DNA of 64,000 bases from a virus (Duplodnaviria; Caudoviricetes), in the IMG/VR virus record IMGVR_UViG_3300031867_000021, positions 1 through 64,000 of that record; one strand, 5' to 3'. The notes under the pieces are model-generated. The model saw nothing but the letters and a program-made list of their open reading frames with translations. It did not search any database and had not been told where the DNA came from. The first letter of the stretch is position 1, and each line of letters opens with the position of its first letter. A program made the position numbers and the translations under genes. This document shows positions 29,020-37,421 of this stretch, piece by piece.

Positions 29020-29283
29020 TTACGGTGTGTAAGCATCCCCGGGGAGCAAAGGTTCCGGCCAGTAATCCCAAGCAATAATCTGGACACTTTCCGGGCCAAT
29101 CAGACCGTTTTGCAGATCACCGGCTTCAAAGTAATGATACTGTCCGTCCCGAGGATCCTTGAGGTAATAGCAGACCGTGGCCAAGGTCTCATTGTGCTTC
29201 TGCCAGTCCCGGTGGATCGTGACATGCAGCGGTTGGCCAACTGGTGGCGGCAGTTTCTTCGGGTCTCTCCATTCAGCAAACAT
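29020..29283 (-). CDS. DUF551-like hypothetical protein
   Basis: W.DP..LPP...IIAW..WPEP. Confidence 0.5.
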   Translation of the reverse strand: MFAEWRDPKKLPPPVGQPLHVTIHRDWQKHNETLATVCYYLKDPRDGQYHYFEAGDLQNGLIGPESVQIIAWDYWPEPLLPGDAYTP

Positions 29284-29332
29284 ATTTCGTTTCCTTTCTC
29301 CCGGGGATTAGCCGCCCCCGGTCGGTATATCC

Positions 29333-29788
29333 TCAGGCCTCTTCCAGCCAGCTTCCATAACTCGCAGGCTTCACAGGCAGCACACCCGACGCTTTCCGGT
29401 CGTTCTTCCTCTTCCTGTCCGCTTTAGGCTTCGCCGCCCATGCTTTCTGTTCCTCAGTCATCGGCTCCACCTGTGCGGCAGAGAAGAAAGCGGAAGTCTT
29501 CATGAACAACCGAGTTTTTCTCGTCGGTTCGGTTGCATTCCCTTCGTCATCCTTTACGGCCTGCTCCACACCTTTCCAGATCGGAAACTTCGCCAGGGCA
29601 TGTTCGCCCTTTTTGACAGAGAATCCAAGCTCTTTCCAGTGGCTGAAGGTGTGAATCGCTTCAGGCTCCTGCAGAACTCTCTCTGATCCATCTTCAGCGG
29701 TCACGGTGAAGGTCCGTCCGGTCGTGCCGAGCAGCCCCTGTTCCATCAGCTTCACGCTCTCCCACAGAATGATCATCTCATTTGTCAT
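29333..29788 (-). CDS. ArdC-like ssDNA-binding (antirestriction N-terminal) domain protein
   Basis: IHTF..WKELGFSVKKGEHA...FF..AQV motif. Confidence 0.7.
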   Translation of the reverse strand: MTNEMIILWESVKLMEQGLLGTTGRTFTVTAEDGSERVLQEPEAIHTFSHWKELGFSVKKGEHALAKFPIWKGVEQAVKDDEGNATEPTRKTRLFMKTSAFFSAAQVEPMTEEQKAWAAKPKADRKRKNDRKASGVLPVKPASYGSWLEEA

Positions 29789-29844
29789 CTCATGTCTCCT
29801 TTCTGGCCGTCTCAGCGGCTCGTTTCTCGGTTGCACGGGGCGGC

Positions 29845-30078
29845 TCAAGCCCCGAGCAGCCACTGATGATAAACATACATGTAATCAGCATCGATGATCT
29901 CGGCGAGCTTACCGAAGCAGCGCTCCCGGATGGTGCTGTCGCCAACGCCCAGATACTGGTAAACATCCTGATGCGCATCCAGGGTATTGAACAGGCCCTC
30001 GAACGTCGCGCCTGCATTCAGGCTCGCTCCAAGATCGTCCATGGGATAAGCTTTCATGTACCAGTCGCGGATTTTCAC
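29845..30078 (-). CDS. Hypothetical protein (DVY..LGVGDS.IRER.F family)
   Basis: ORF track. Confidence 0.55.
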   Translation of the reverse strand: MKIRDWYMKAYPMDDLGASLNAGATFEGLFNTLDAHQDVYQYLGVGDSTIRERCFGKLAEIIDADYMYVYHQWLLGA

Positions 30079-30285
30079 TCAGCACACCTCCTCATCCGGG
30101 TCACCAATCAACCCGATTTCGCAAATCATCCACGCTTTCCAGCCTCTCTGCCGTGCCCGGATGGTCAGGTCATCAGAAGTATCCTTCAGCGCGCCAGCGA
30201 TGTCATAATCCCAGACAAACGCCTTATCCTCCCAATACTTACCGGAGGCATCCCGCACCGCGTAATCGACCCGCCACTTTTTCAT
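30079..30285 (-). CDS. Hypothetical protein
   Basis: RBS GGAGG. Confidence 0.5.
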   Translation of the reverse strand: MKKWRVDYAVRDASGKYWEDKAFVWDYDIAGALKDTSDDLTIRARQRGWKAWMICEIGLIGDPDEEVC

Positions 30286-30501
30286 GCTATCTCCCTCCTG
30301 CAGCGCTCAACGCTGTCTTCGGCTTCATTCTCGACCAACATCTCCGCCCAGAGCTCGGCAACCAGCTTGTCAATGTCCTTCCTCCGGTACTTTTCCTCGC
30401 CATGCATCTGAATCGCGAGATTAACCGCATCAGCGTAGCTCCACAGCATTGGCAACCTCTTTCTGCCGGGATTTTGGGCTCCCGGCCGGCCCCGTCGATC
30501 A

Positions 30502-30780
30502 TCAGGCCACCACAAACCGGCGGCAGGTCGTGCTCTTCATGAAGGGCGCCAGAGCTTCCTCAGGGAAGGCCTTCTTGACGGCCGCGGTATCCAGCCGGGA
30601 AGAAGTAACGCTCTTGTAAGTCACCTTGAAGGGCCCGGCCACCAGAACCTCGTCAGAACCCATCTGCGCCTTGATCTCGTCCTTCGCGGCCTCGATCTCG
30701 GCAGCCAGCTCTTCGGCCATCCTCTCAAGCTCTTTCAGCTCGGAAATCTTGGCCACCATGTCCTTCGCGCTCATCGTCAT
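30502..30780 (-). CDS. Coiled-coil hypothetical protein (resembles the YqaJ C-terminus)
   Basis: KVTYKSVTSSRLDT...RRF motif; first gene after P3. Confidence 0.55.
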   Translation of the reverse strand: MTMSAKDMVAKISELKELERMAEELAAEIEAAKDEIKAQMGSDEVLVAGPFKVTYKSVTSSRLDTAAVKKAFPEEALAPFMKSTTCRRFVVA

Positions 30781-30975
30781 CGCTCATGCCCTCCTGTTCT
30801 CAGTCTCATCGGGATCCCGCGGGGAGAATCACCACAGGCCGCTCCAGACGCTCCGCTTTGCGGGCCGCTGACCCTGCGATCGGCGAATCCTCATTGTGGC
30901 TCATGCCCTTGAGCCCCCTCGGAACCCCGTTCCGCATCCCCCGGAGGGGAACCCCCACCTCCCGGGGACAATTGT

Positions 30976-31004
30976 ATTATAAAATAGTCCATACTATATT
31001 TCAA
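30976..31004 (-). promoter_or_regulatory. Sigma70 promoter P3
   Basis: TTGAAA-17 bp (TATAGTATGGACTATTT)-TATAAT. Confidence 0.75.
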
Positions 31005-31091
31005 CCCCCTTTTTGCGAAAAATAATAAATATTTTTACTTCTTTACAACTAAAATAAAACATGTTATTCTTCTGCTGGAGGTAAAATAGGC

Positions 31092-31607
31092 ATGAACAAT
31101 CCAGATATCATCGCCGAAAAGGAGCTGGAACAGGCCAGGATCCGGCAGAAACGGCGTACCGAATCGCTGAAGGCCAAATGGAAAAAAGAGCATTACGATG
31201 CCATCACGATCCTCGTGCAGAAAGGCGAAAGATCCATCCTTTCCAGGGCGGCAAAAGAAGCTGATTCCTCCGTCTCCCGCTTTATCGTTGATTCCGTCAA
31301 TGTCGCGCATCCGGGGCTGCTGACGCCCCTTGACGATCAGAGCAAAAAGAAGAAGCCGGAAGAGGAACCGGAAGAACTGATTGAGCAGACAGAAGAGCCC
31401 GCAGAGGCCCCCGATGAGCCCGAACAGCCCAAGCGAAGAGGCGGGAGGCCAATGGGCTCCAAGGACAGCGTGCAGCGCAAGAGGCGAACCAGAGAGGAAA
31501 TAGAGATGGATCAACAGGCCAAGGAGGCGAATCCCGCACCAAAGAAAAAACTTGGCCGTCCGTTCGGCTCTAAGGACCGTATACCAAGAGGACCCCACAA
31601 GAAATAG
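31092..31607 (+). CDS. Ribbon-helix-helix-like regulator with AT-hook-like GRP motifs
   Basis: YDAITILVQKGE...AA...SVSRFI (RHH-like); RGGRPMGSKD and LGRPFGSKD; RBS GGAGG; divergent from P3. Confidence 0.65.
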   Translation: MNNPDIIAEKELEQARIRQKRRTESLKAKWKKEHYDAITILVQKGERSILSRAAKEADSSVSRFIVDSVNVAHPGLLTPLDDQSKKKKPEEEPEELIEQTEEPAEAPDEPEQPKRRGGRPMGSKDSVQRKRRTREEIEMDQQAKEANPAPKKKLGRPFGSKDRIPRGPHKK

Positions 31608-31644
31608 AGTTCCGCAGGCGGGAAACAATCCACCACTTTCCTGC

Positions 31645-31685
31645 ATAAAAAAAGGCCGGCGATTTTCGCCGGTCTTCCTTTTTAT
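31645..31685. terminator. Bidirectional intrinsic terminator
   Basis: A8-GGCCGGCG-atttt-CGCCGGTC-T-rich, between convergent genes. Confidence 0.7.
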
Positions 31686-31687
31686 AT

Positions 31688-33283
31688 TCAGGCGCTGATT
31701 CCGATCATCTCACTCCCCGCGGCCAGGAAATAATCCGAGTGAGCAACTACCGCATTGTACTTCTTTCCATCTCCCATGAAGGAATCCACAACCTTTTTCT
31801 CTTCCCTGTCCAGATCCTCGTACCTCTTCCGCCCAAAGCTCGGCGGCAGCCAATTCTTCCCACGTGCGGCGAAGATGTTGAACTTTGCCAGAAGATCCAG
31901 ATTTTTGAATTCAAGATGGCAGGTTCCTTTCTTATAGAAGGTCAGATAGAAATACTTCGTTTCCACCTTTCGTGTGTTCCCGGTCTTTTCCACCTCGCAA
32001 AGCACCTCGGTCAGGCTCTTCTCAGGCGTCCGGCCTCCGTCCAGATAATTGAACACTTTTTCAATGTCCTGAAGCTTTTCCCGGACATTGTACGCATGGA
32101 ATTCAGGCGCAAACCGTGAACCCCAGTCGGTATAGGCCCGCAGCGGGATAATCACTTTGCGATTGACCGCGAAGGCGTCATTCGTGCGCCAGCCGTCGAA
32201 ATAGTGTCTGTTCTGCGCATTTTCGTCCCAGTGATATTTCCGCGTCCAGTCATCGAAAAGGTCCATGATCGTACTTTCCACACCTTTGGTCACCTGAGCA
32301 TTCATCTGCGCCATGATTTCCCTGATGTTGAAATAAGAAAACTCGTAGTTTTCCAGCTCCCCGACACGGTTGTACATCTGCGTCCGCAGGTTGGTCGTCA
32401 ATTGATCCATGAACTGCGGCGCGGCGAAGAGCGTTGACCAATACTTCCGGCGCACCTGCTTCACCCATTCGTTTTCAGAAACCCCATCCTTTCCGATACT
32501 CAGAGTCATTGAAGTGCTCAGAACGTTCGAAACGGCCAGATATTCCCGAATCAGCCGGATTCCGCTTTCCACCTCGTAGTTGTAACGATCAATGATCGCC
32601 TCCACAAAATCGGCCTTGGTCAGCCCGGCAACCTGCTCGGCCTCCATCTCCGCATACCTGTGCGCCGGCCGGAGCTTTTCCAGAATCAGGCTGTCCTCAA
32701 GCTCTTCCGCAGGCGCCTGATAGCGAATCATGGCGATTTCCACGTTTGTCTTCCGATCCGCATCAACGAACTCATCCTGCAGAAAATCAATCTGCGCATC
32801 GCCCAGGAGCCGGAGCAGAAGGCTTCTGTCGTTGGTATAAGGATTCCGAATGGTCTCTGCATTGCACAGGGCCACAAGCTGTCCTTTGCCCTGCAGCAGA
32901 GAAATCGCCTTCAGGATATGCCTTGCCCCATCCTCAAACGGAGGATTCATGACAATCAGGTCGTACCGTTTCATCGTCTGGTAGGTCAGGAAGTCATCAT
33001 GCACCACGCGAAGCCCCTGCGCCGTTAAAATAGCCCGCAGAGCCGGGTCGATCTCCACACAGTCCAAATCTACCTTTGACAGGCTGAAGTCGCCACGGTA
33101 ACCCCTGAAGGCCCTCTTTGCTGCAGCCATGGCAAGATCCCCACGCCCGGCGCTCGGTTCCAGGATTGAGCCCACCCGGTTCCAGTCAATCCCGGAAAGC
33201 ATCTTATCAATCAGGCGGACAGGAGTGGGATAAAACCCACTCTCTGCTTCCTTTGAACAGGTCATCAGCCGAACATCCGTCAT
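31688..33283 (-). CDS. N6-adenine DNA methyltransferase-like protein with DUF4942
   Basis: FYPTP, ILEPSAGRG and MNPPF motifs; C-terminal YF..TFYKKGTCH. Confidence 0.85.
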   Translation of the reverse strand: MTDVRLMTCSKEAESGFYPTPVRLIDKMLSGIDWNRVGSILEPSAGRGDLAMAAAKRAFRGYRGDFSLSKVDLDCVEIDPALRAILTAQGLRVVHDDFLTYQTMKRYDLIVMNPPFEDGARHILKAISLLQGKGQLVALCNAETIRNPYTNDRSLLLRLLGDAQIDFLQDEFVDADRKTNVEIAMIRYQAPAEELEDSLILEKLRPAHRYAEMEAEQVAGLTKADFVEAIIDRYNYEVESGIRLIREYLAVSNVLSTSMTLSIGKDGVSENEWVKQVRRKYWSTLFAAPQFMDQLTTNLRTQMYNRVGELENYEFSYFNIREIMAQMNAQVTKGVESTIMDLFDDWTRKYHWDENAQNRHYFDGWRTNDAFAVNRKVIIPLRAYTDWGSRFAPEFHAYNVREKLQDIEKVFNYLDGGRTPEKSLTEVLCEVEKTGNTRKVETKYFYLTFYKKGTCHLEFKNLDLLAKFNIFAARGKNWLPPSFGRKRYEDLDREEKKVVDSFMGDGKKYNAVVAHSDYFLAAGSEMIGISA

Positions 33284-33300
33284 CTTGTCATCCTCCCCTC

Positions 33301-34062
33301 TCAGGCATCCCGCCAATATGTCCAGGAGCGAACCTTGCTCAGCCCGTACCGCTTCAGGTAGGCATTCAGCCGCTTCTCAAACGCAGCCCGAACCCTCTGA
33401 TATCCCTCCAGGATTCGCTCCCGATCCTCTTCGGAAACCTCGGCAGGCTCTTTGCCCGCCGAATAAACCGAGCGATGATAGGTTACATAGTGAGCAACCC
33501 CGGGTTCCTCATTCTCCACAGCCGCAAAGCTGTTGTAAGCAATCTCACCATTCCGGTCACGGCTAAGGAAGGCGATGACGGCATCCAGCGCTTTCAGATT
33601 CTCTGCCCGGAAATAATCCTCACTGCTCAAGGCCTTCGTGACAGAGTTGTTTGCTTCCTCGGAATCGTACCCGGATTCGCCAAAGCAGAAGTTTGTCTCA
33701 ATCCTCGGCTTCCTGATGCAGACGATCCGCCCGTCCTCAAGCTTCACCAGCCCGCCGATATAATCCTCGTAATACTTCCGCCACCGCTCATCCTCACCGG
33801 CCATAACCCGGGCCATATACTCATCATGCAGAGCCTTTTCCTCGGCCTTGCTCATCACCGGCCGCTCGTGCACAACAACGGAATCGATCATTGCTCGTAT
33901 CTCGCTGTCGCTCATCCTGTCGAGCGCGACCCACGCCTTGCGCCACTCATCCCAGGAGAAGCCATGAGCAATCAGCTCGTTCCGAACCTCAACGGGCGCA
34001 TGATCCGCAAACTGCACAGTAACCATCTGAGCACCCTCATGCCGCTTGATCTCGTAAATCAT
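33301..34062 (-). CDS. Hypothetical early protein
   Basis: F...P..VR..L..HGF.W....AW N-terminal domain; first gene after P4. Confidence 0.55.
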   Translation of the reverse strand: MIYEIKRHEGAQMVTVQFADHAPVEVRNELIAHGFSWDEWRKAWVALDRMSDSEIRAMIDSVVVHERPVMSKAEEKALHDEYMARVMAGEDERWRKYYEDYIGGLVKLEDGRIVCIRKPRIETNFCFGESGYDSEEANNSVTKALSSEDYFRAENLKALDAVIAFLSRDRNGEIAYNSFAAVENEEPGVAHYVTYHRSVYSAGKEPAEVSEEDRERILEGYQRVRAAFEKRLNAYLKRYGLSKVRSWTYWRDA

Positions 34063-34086
34063 CTCACAACCTCCTCCCGATCATCA

Positions 34087-34167
34087 CCCCGGAGGCCCAT
34101 CCCCCGGGGACAATTATATTATATACTATGCAATACTATTTTACAATGCCAAATGAGCAAAATAGAA
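34087..34167. repeat. 81-bp direct repeat, copy 2 (contains promoter P4, TTGTAA-17-TATAAT at 34118-34146)
   Basis: Matches 26811-26891. Confidence 0.9.
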
Positions 34168-34178
34168 GCCTCTATTCC

Positions 34179-34601
34179 TCAATCCTTGCCGGCTTTCCGC
34201 CGATAGCAGTAAGTATTTATAGCCACGATGGCTTTCACCCGCATCTGCGACATCAGAGTGTTAATCAAATCAGCTTCCCCGAAGTACAGCCATCTAAGGC
34301 TCGGACCGTCATCTGTCAACTCTTCACTCACAATCACCGCATTCCCAACAATCGGGTGCCCGTGCTTGTGCATCTCGTACAGATAGCTGCCATATACGTT
34401 CAGCTTCGGCTGACCTTTGAGCAGCCCTTCCTCATCGACAATCATCACATACCCTTCCGGCAGTCCATTCGGCCGAACAACTTCCAGATGTTCACATCCG
34501 ATCATTTCACGCAGCGCATCCATCGGTTCCGCATCCTCAGATATCTCCACAAGCTCCCAACCAACGCTGTCAGCCAGGAGTACGATTGCATACTTTCTCA
34601 T
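34179..34601 (-). CDS. DUF3846-like protein
   Basis: L...IGC..LEVV...MIVDEEGLLK...N...IVGNAVI. Confidence 0.7.
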   Translation of the reverse strand: MRKYAIVLLADSVGWELVEISEDAEPMDALREMIGCEHLEVVRPNGLPEGYVMIVDEEGLLKGQPKLNVYGSYLYEMHKHGHPIVGNAVIVSEELTDDGPSLRWLYFGEADLINTLMSQMRVKAIVAINTYCYRRKAGKD

Positions 34602-34615
34602 CTTTAAATCCCCTT

Positions 34616-34837
34616 TCAGCAGCGAGCCCTGAAAACCATATCTTCAGGAGCAGCACTTTCCGAATACTCCACCGCGGAAAAATAATCATACACACCATAG
34701 GATTCGCATTCGAGCAGGTCCTTCTGGTCATCGGTCAGGCCTGCATCGTTGCGGAAAGCCTCATTGATCTTCTTGAGCTCGTCCATACTTTCCGCCGCAT
34801 TGATCTTCGCCAGATACGTTTCGAACAGGTTTTTCAT
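34616..34837 (-). CDS. Small acidic hypothetical protein
   Basis: First gene after P5; RBS AGGAGG. Confidence 0.5.
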   Translation of the reverse strand: MKNLFETYLAKINAAESMDELKKINEAFRNDAGLTDDQKDLLECESYGVYDYFSAVEYSESAAPEDMVFRARC

Positions 34838-34878
34838 CTCAGCACCTCCTAATTCAGCCACCATCCGGGGACATTTTT

Positions 34879-34907
34879 ATTATATGTTACGTTCTTACGT
34901 ATTTCAA
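34879..34907 (-). promoter_or_regulatory. Sigma70 promoter P5
   Basis: TTGAAA-17 bp (TACGTAAGAACGTAACA)-TATAAT. Confidence 0.75.
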
Positions 34908-35020
34908 TATCTTTTCAGAAAAATAAAAAAATATATTTCCATCGAGCCAGCAAAATACATGGCTTTTCGGCGTTTCTGTTGTCATTTATATCCTATTTAT
35001 TTATATGTACGAAGGCATTT

Positions 35021-35038
35021 TATAACCTATAGGTTATA
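35021..35038. promoter_or_regulatory. Perfect 18-bp palindrome, candidate operator
   Basis: TATAACCTATAGGTTATA. Confidence 0.55.
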
Positions 35039-35050
35039 TTTTCAGGCAAA

Positions 35051-35082
35051 ATAAAAAAACCGCTCCCCGAAACAGGGAGCGG
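35051..35082 (-). terminator. Intrinsic terminator ending the lysis operon
   Basis: CCGCTCCC-loop-GGGAGCGG followed by T7 on the minus strand. Confidence 0.8.
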
Positions 35083-35086
35083 ACAG

Positions 35087-35272
35087 TTAATGCCACTTGA
35101 CTTTTCGTCTCAGATTCTTTCGCAGAGCTTCACGCATCATGTGCTGTTCCATGGCAAGGAACTTTTTGTGCCTGACCTCTTTGCGCCACTCATCATATTC
35201 CTGATAGGCCGCGCACCGGCCATGGCATCCGACCTCTCGGTCCTTGCAGTCCCTGTCACAGGGGTTTTTCAC
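35087..35272 (-). CDS. Small Cys-rich hypothetical protein
   Basis: PC..C.DR..GCH..C..Y motif. Confidence 0.55.
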   Translation of the reverse strand: MKNPCDRDCKDREVGCHGRCAAYQEYDEWRKEVRHKKFLAMEQHMMREALRKNLRRKVKWH

Positions 35273-35604
35273 TTTTTGGCTTCTTCGATCTTAAGCTCTT
35301 TGACCATGGATTCTATCAGCGCATCCATGGTCGGTTCGATCTGCTCTGCGTCCACAATATACCCTTGCTTCTTCAGGAGCTCAATCACATATTTCTTTTT
35401 TTCCTGCCCCTGATCGCTGTTATAGAGCTGCCCGGCAGCATATACCGCCGTCTTGACGGCAATCCTCAGCACCTCAAGCTGATTGCTGTCGAGCTTGCTC
35501 TTCGCCCAGGGGATCAAATACCGGCTTATCAGACCGAAAATCAGGGTTATCACCGACAGAATGATCGGCGTAAGATCAATCTGTACTCCACCAACCTGCA
35601 ACAT
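35269..35604 (-). CDS. Holin, LL-H family-like
   Basis: N-terminal TM segment; AV.AA.Q...G.EKK.YV...IES.V. Confidence 0.8.
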   Translation of the reverse strand: MLQVGGVQIDLTPIILSVITLIFGLISRYLIPWAKSKLDSNQLEVLRIAVKTAVYAAGQLYNSDQGQEKKKYVIELLKKQGYIVDAEQIEPTMDALIESMVKELKIEEAKK

Positions 35605-35673
35605 GAAATTTCCTCCCTTTTTTCATCTTACACGAGATTAAATCCTCGGTTTACGCTTAAAAACGTCATGGAA

Positions 35674-36627
35674 TTACCCAACGCCAACGAACTTGGTCAT
35701 GATATACCACCCTTTCCGGGATCCATAGTTCACCCGGCACCAGTTTTCGGCAAAGCTGACCATCTCGACCTCCGTACCCACCGGCAGCTCATCATAGAGA
35801 TCGCATCCGGTTGACGGCCTCGCCCGAAGCTTGACGGGCTTCCCATTCTCCGCCCAGACCGTCACAACGGTTCCGGCCGGAATGCCGGCATCTGGATCTG
35901 GTTCAGGAGCAGGTTCAGGATCTGGAACAGGCTCAGGTTCAGGAATGGGCATATCCGCATCCACCAGGAACGCGCTCATCATCCATCCGGTCTGCTTTTT
36001 CCACGTTATTTTTGACCACCTTCCGCTGATTTGAGTGACGGTGACAAGCTCCCCGACCGGAACTTCGTCCAGGATTCTTTTGTTCAGCGAAGGCCCATAC
36101 CTCAGATTGACAGGCTTCCCGTTCTCCGCGAAAACCTTCTTTGTGACGATAATCGGCTCCGGCGAAGGTTCAGGATCCGGTCCAGGACCAGGGTCAACCC
36201 CGTAATCCACGGCCTTCAGCTTGCCCCAGTAAGCCCATTTCCCGATAGTGGAATCCGTCTTCGCGACAGGGCTTGTGCAGTGCGTAATCTCCAATGGATT
36301 GACGCTCGTGACGAATCCTATATGGCTCAAATTGCCGGGCTCTGTCCCGTACCACCTGTTGCCCTTGTCGGCATCCGTCCAGGGTTTGCACTTGAACACG
36401 GCCATACCGACCTGCAGATCCTTGGCGCTGGAGATCTTCCCGGTTTCCGAACAGTATTCCCGGAAGATCGTGTTGCTGCCATGGTAGATTTTCGCGCCTT
36501 GCTCGCGGTACATTTTGACGAACATGCCGGAACAGTCAATGCCGTCTTTGTTATTCGTCCCCGGTGACTCATACGGCCATCCGATGCACTCGTGCGCGGA
36601 ATCAATCATTTTTCTCAGATCCAGCAT
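35674..36627 (-). CDS. Endolysin: NlpC/P60 plus Pro-rich linkers plus two SH3b domains
   Basis: GIDCSG and SHIGFV catalytic motifs; two ENGKPV.LR..PS repeats. Confidence 0.85.
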   Translation of the reverse strand: MLDLRKMIDSAHECIGWPYESPGTNNKDGIDCSGMFVKMYREQGAKIYHGSNTIFREYCSETGKISSAKDLQVGMAVFKCKPWTDADKGNRWYGTEPGNLSHIGFVTSVNPLEITHCTSPVAKTDSTIGKWAYWGKLKAVDYGVDPGPGPDPEPSPEPIIVTKKVFAENGKPVNLRYGPSLNKRILDEVPVGELVTVTQISGRWSKITWKKQTGWMMSAFLVDADMPIPEPEPVPDPEPAPEPDPDAGIPAGTVVTVWAENGKPVKLRARPSTGCDLYDELPVGTEVEMVSFAENWCRVNYGSRKGWYIMTKFVGVG

Positions 36628-36968
36628 CAGCCATTCCCCCCTTCGCCATCTTCCTTTTCAGACTTGTCCTTGTCCTTATCCTTATTCACGGACCCGTTGA
36701 TGGCTTTGGCAATCTCCGCGGCCCAGTAGAACCACTTCTCATCGATGGAGTTTTTCGTATAGGCAAGCACAGAGACGATCATGACGGCCGTCACCATGAT
36801 TCCAAGATAAACAACCGACAGCGCGGCCTCCGGCGCCACAACGATGGCCACAATCGTCAAAACCATATACAGGAACCAGTACCATTCAGTTCTTCCTGCC
36901 AGCCTTTTTGAGAATTGCTTCCTTGGATCAATCTTCCTCGGATCATCCTTTTTGGTAGCCGTAGCCAT
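36627..36968 (-). CDS. Two-TM membrane protein (holin/antiholin candidate)
   Basis: Two hydrophobic segments; within the lysis operon. Confidence 0.55.
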   Translation of the reverse strand: MATATKKDDPRKIDPRKQFSKRLAGRTEWYWFLYMVLTIVAIVVAPEAALSVVYLGIMVTAVMIVSVLAYTKNSIDEKWFYWAAEIAKAINGSVNKDKDKDKSEKEDGEGGNG

Positions 36969-36981
36969 AGCCTCACCTCAT

Positions 36982-37272
36982 TCACAGATGGGTCGGGAGC
37001 TGAAAATACTTCACATGGATATCATCCATGACGCCATTTGCGCCGAGCGTGTGATACTGCTGATACATGTTTTCAAAATTACTGCGGTCGTCAGGATCCG
37101 CATATCCTCTTCCCTCATGATACCTATAGTCCTGCAGCAGCCGGTCGCGCAGAATCGCCTGAAGTCCTTTCTTAAGAGCCTTGTTCTGTGCGACCTGAAT
37201 CTTTATGAATCCGATAAGAGCCAAGAAAAGGCTTGGAACACCAAACAGAGTCAGCCAATTGTAAACAGTCAT
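36982..37272 (-). CDS. Holin-like membrane protein
   Basis: N-terminal TM segment; LRDRL...Y..YH.LG.NG motif. Confidence 0.65.
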   Translation of the reverse strand: MTVYNWLTLFGVPSLFLALIGFIKIQVAQNKALKKGLQAILRDRLLQDYRYHEGRGYADPDDRSNFENMYQQYHTLGANGVMDDIHVKYFQLPTHL

Positions 37273-37421
37273 ATTTCCTCAATCCTTTCAAAAGCAAAAA
37301 TGCACCTTCAGTCCGATTAACCGGGCGGACATCGCCCTATACAAAAGATCTTCATGCCAGCCCTCTGTTCCTCTGTTTTTCTTTTTCTGTCTCTTATCTC
37401 TCTGTCTATTGTCTTTTTCCA

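Noticed and set aside
37360-37420. Polypyrimidine tract
   Set aside because: Low-complexity intergenic sequence with no periodicity or structure
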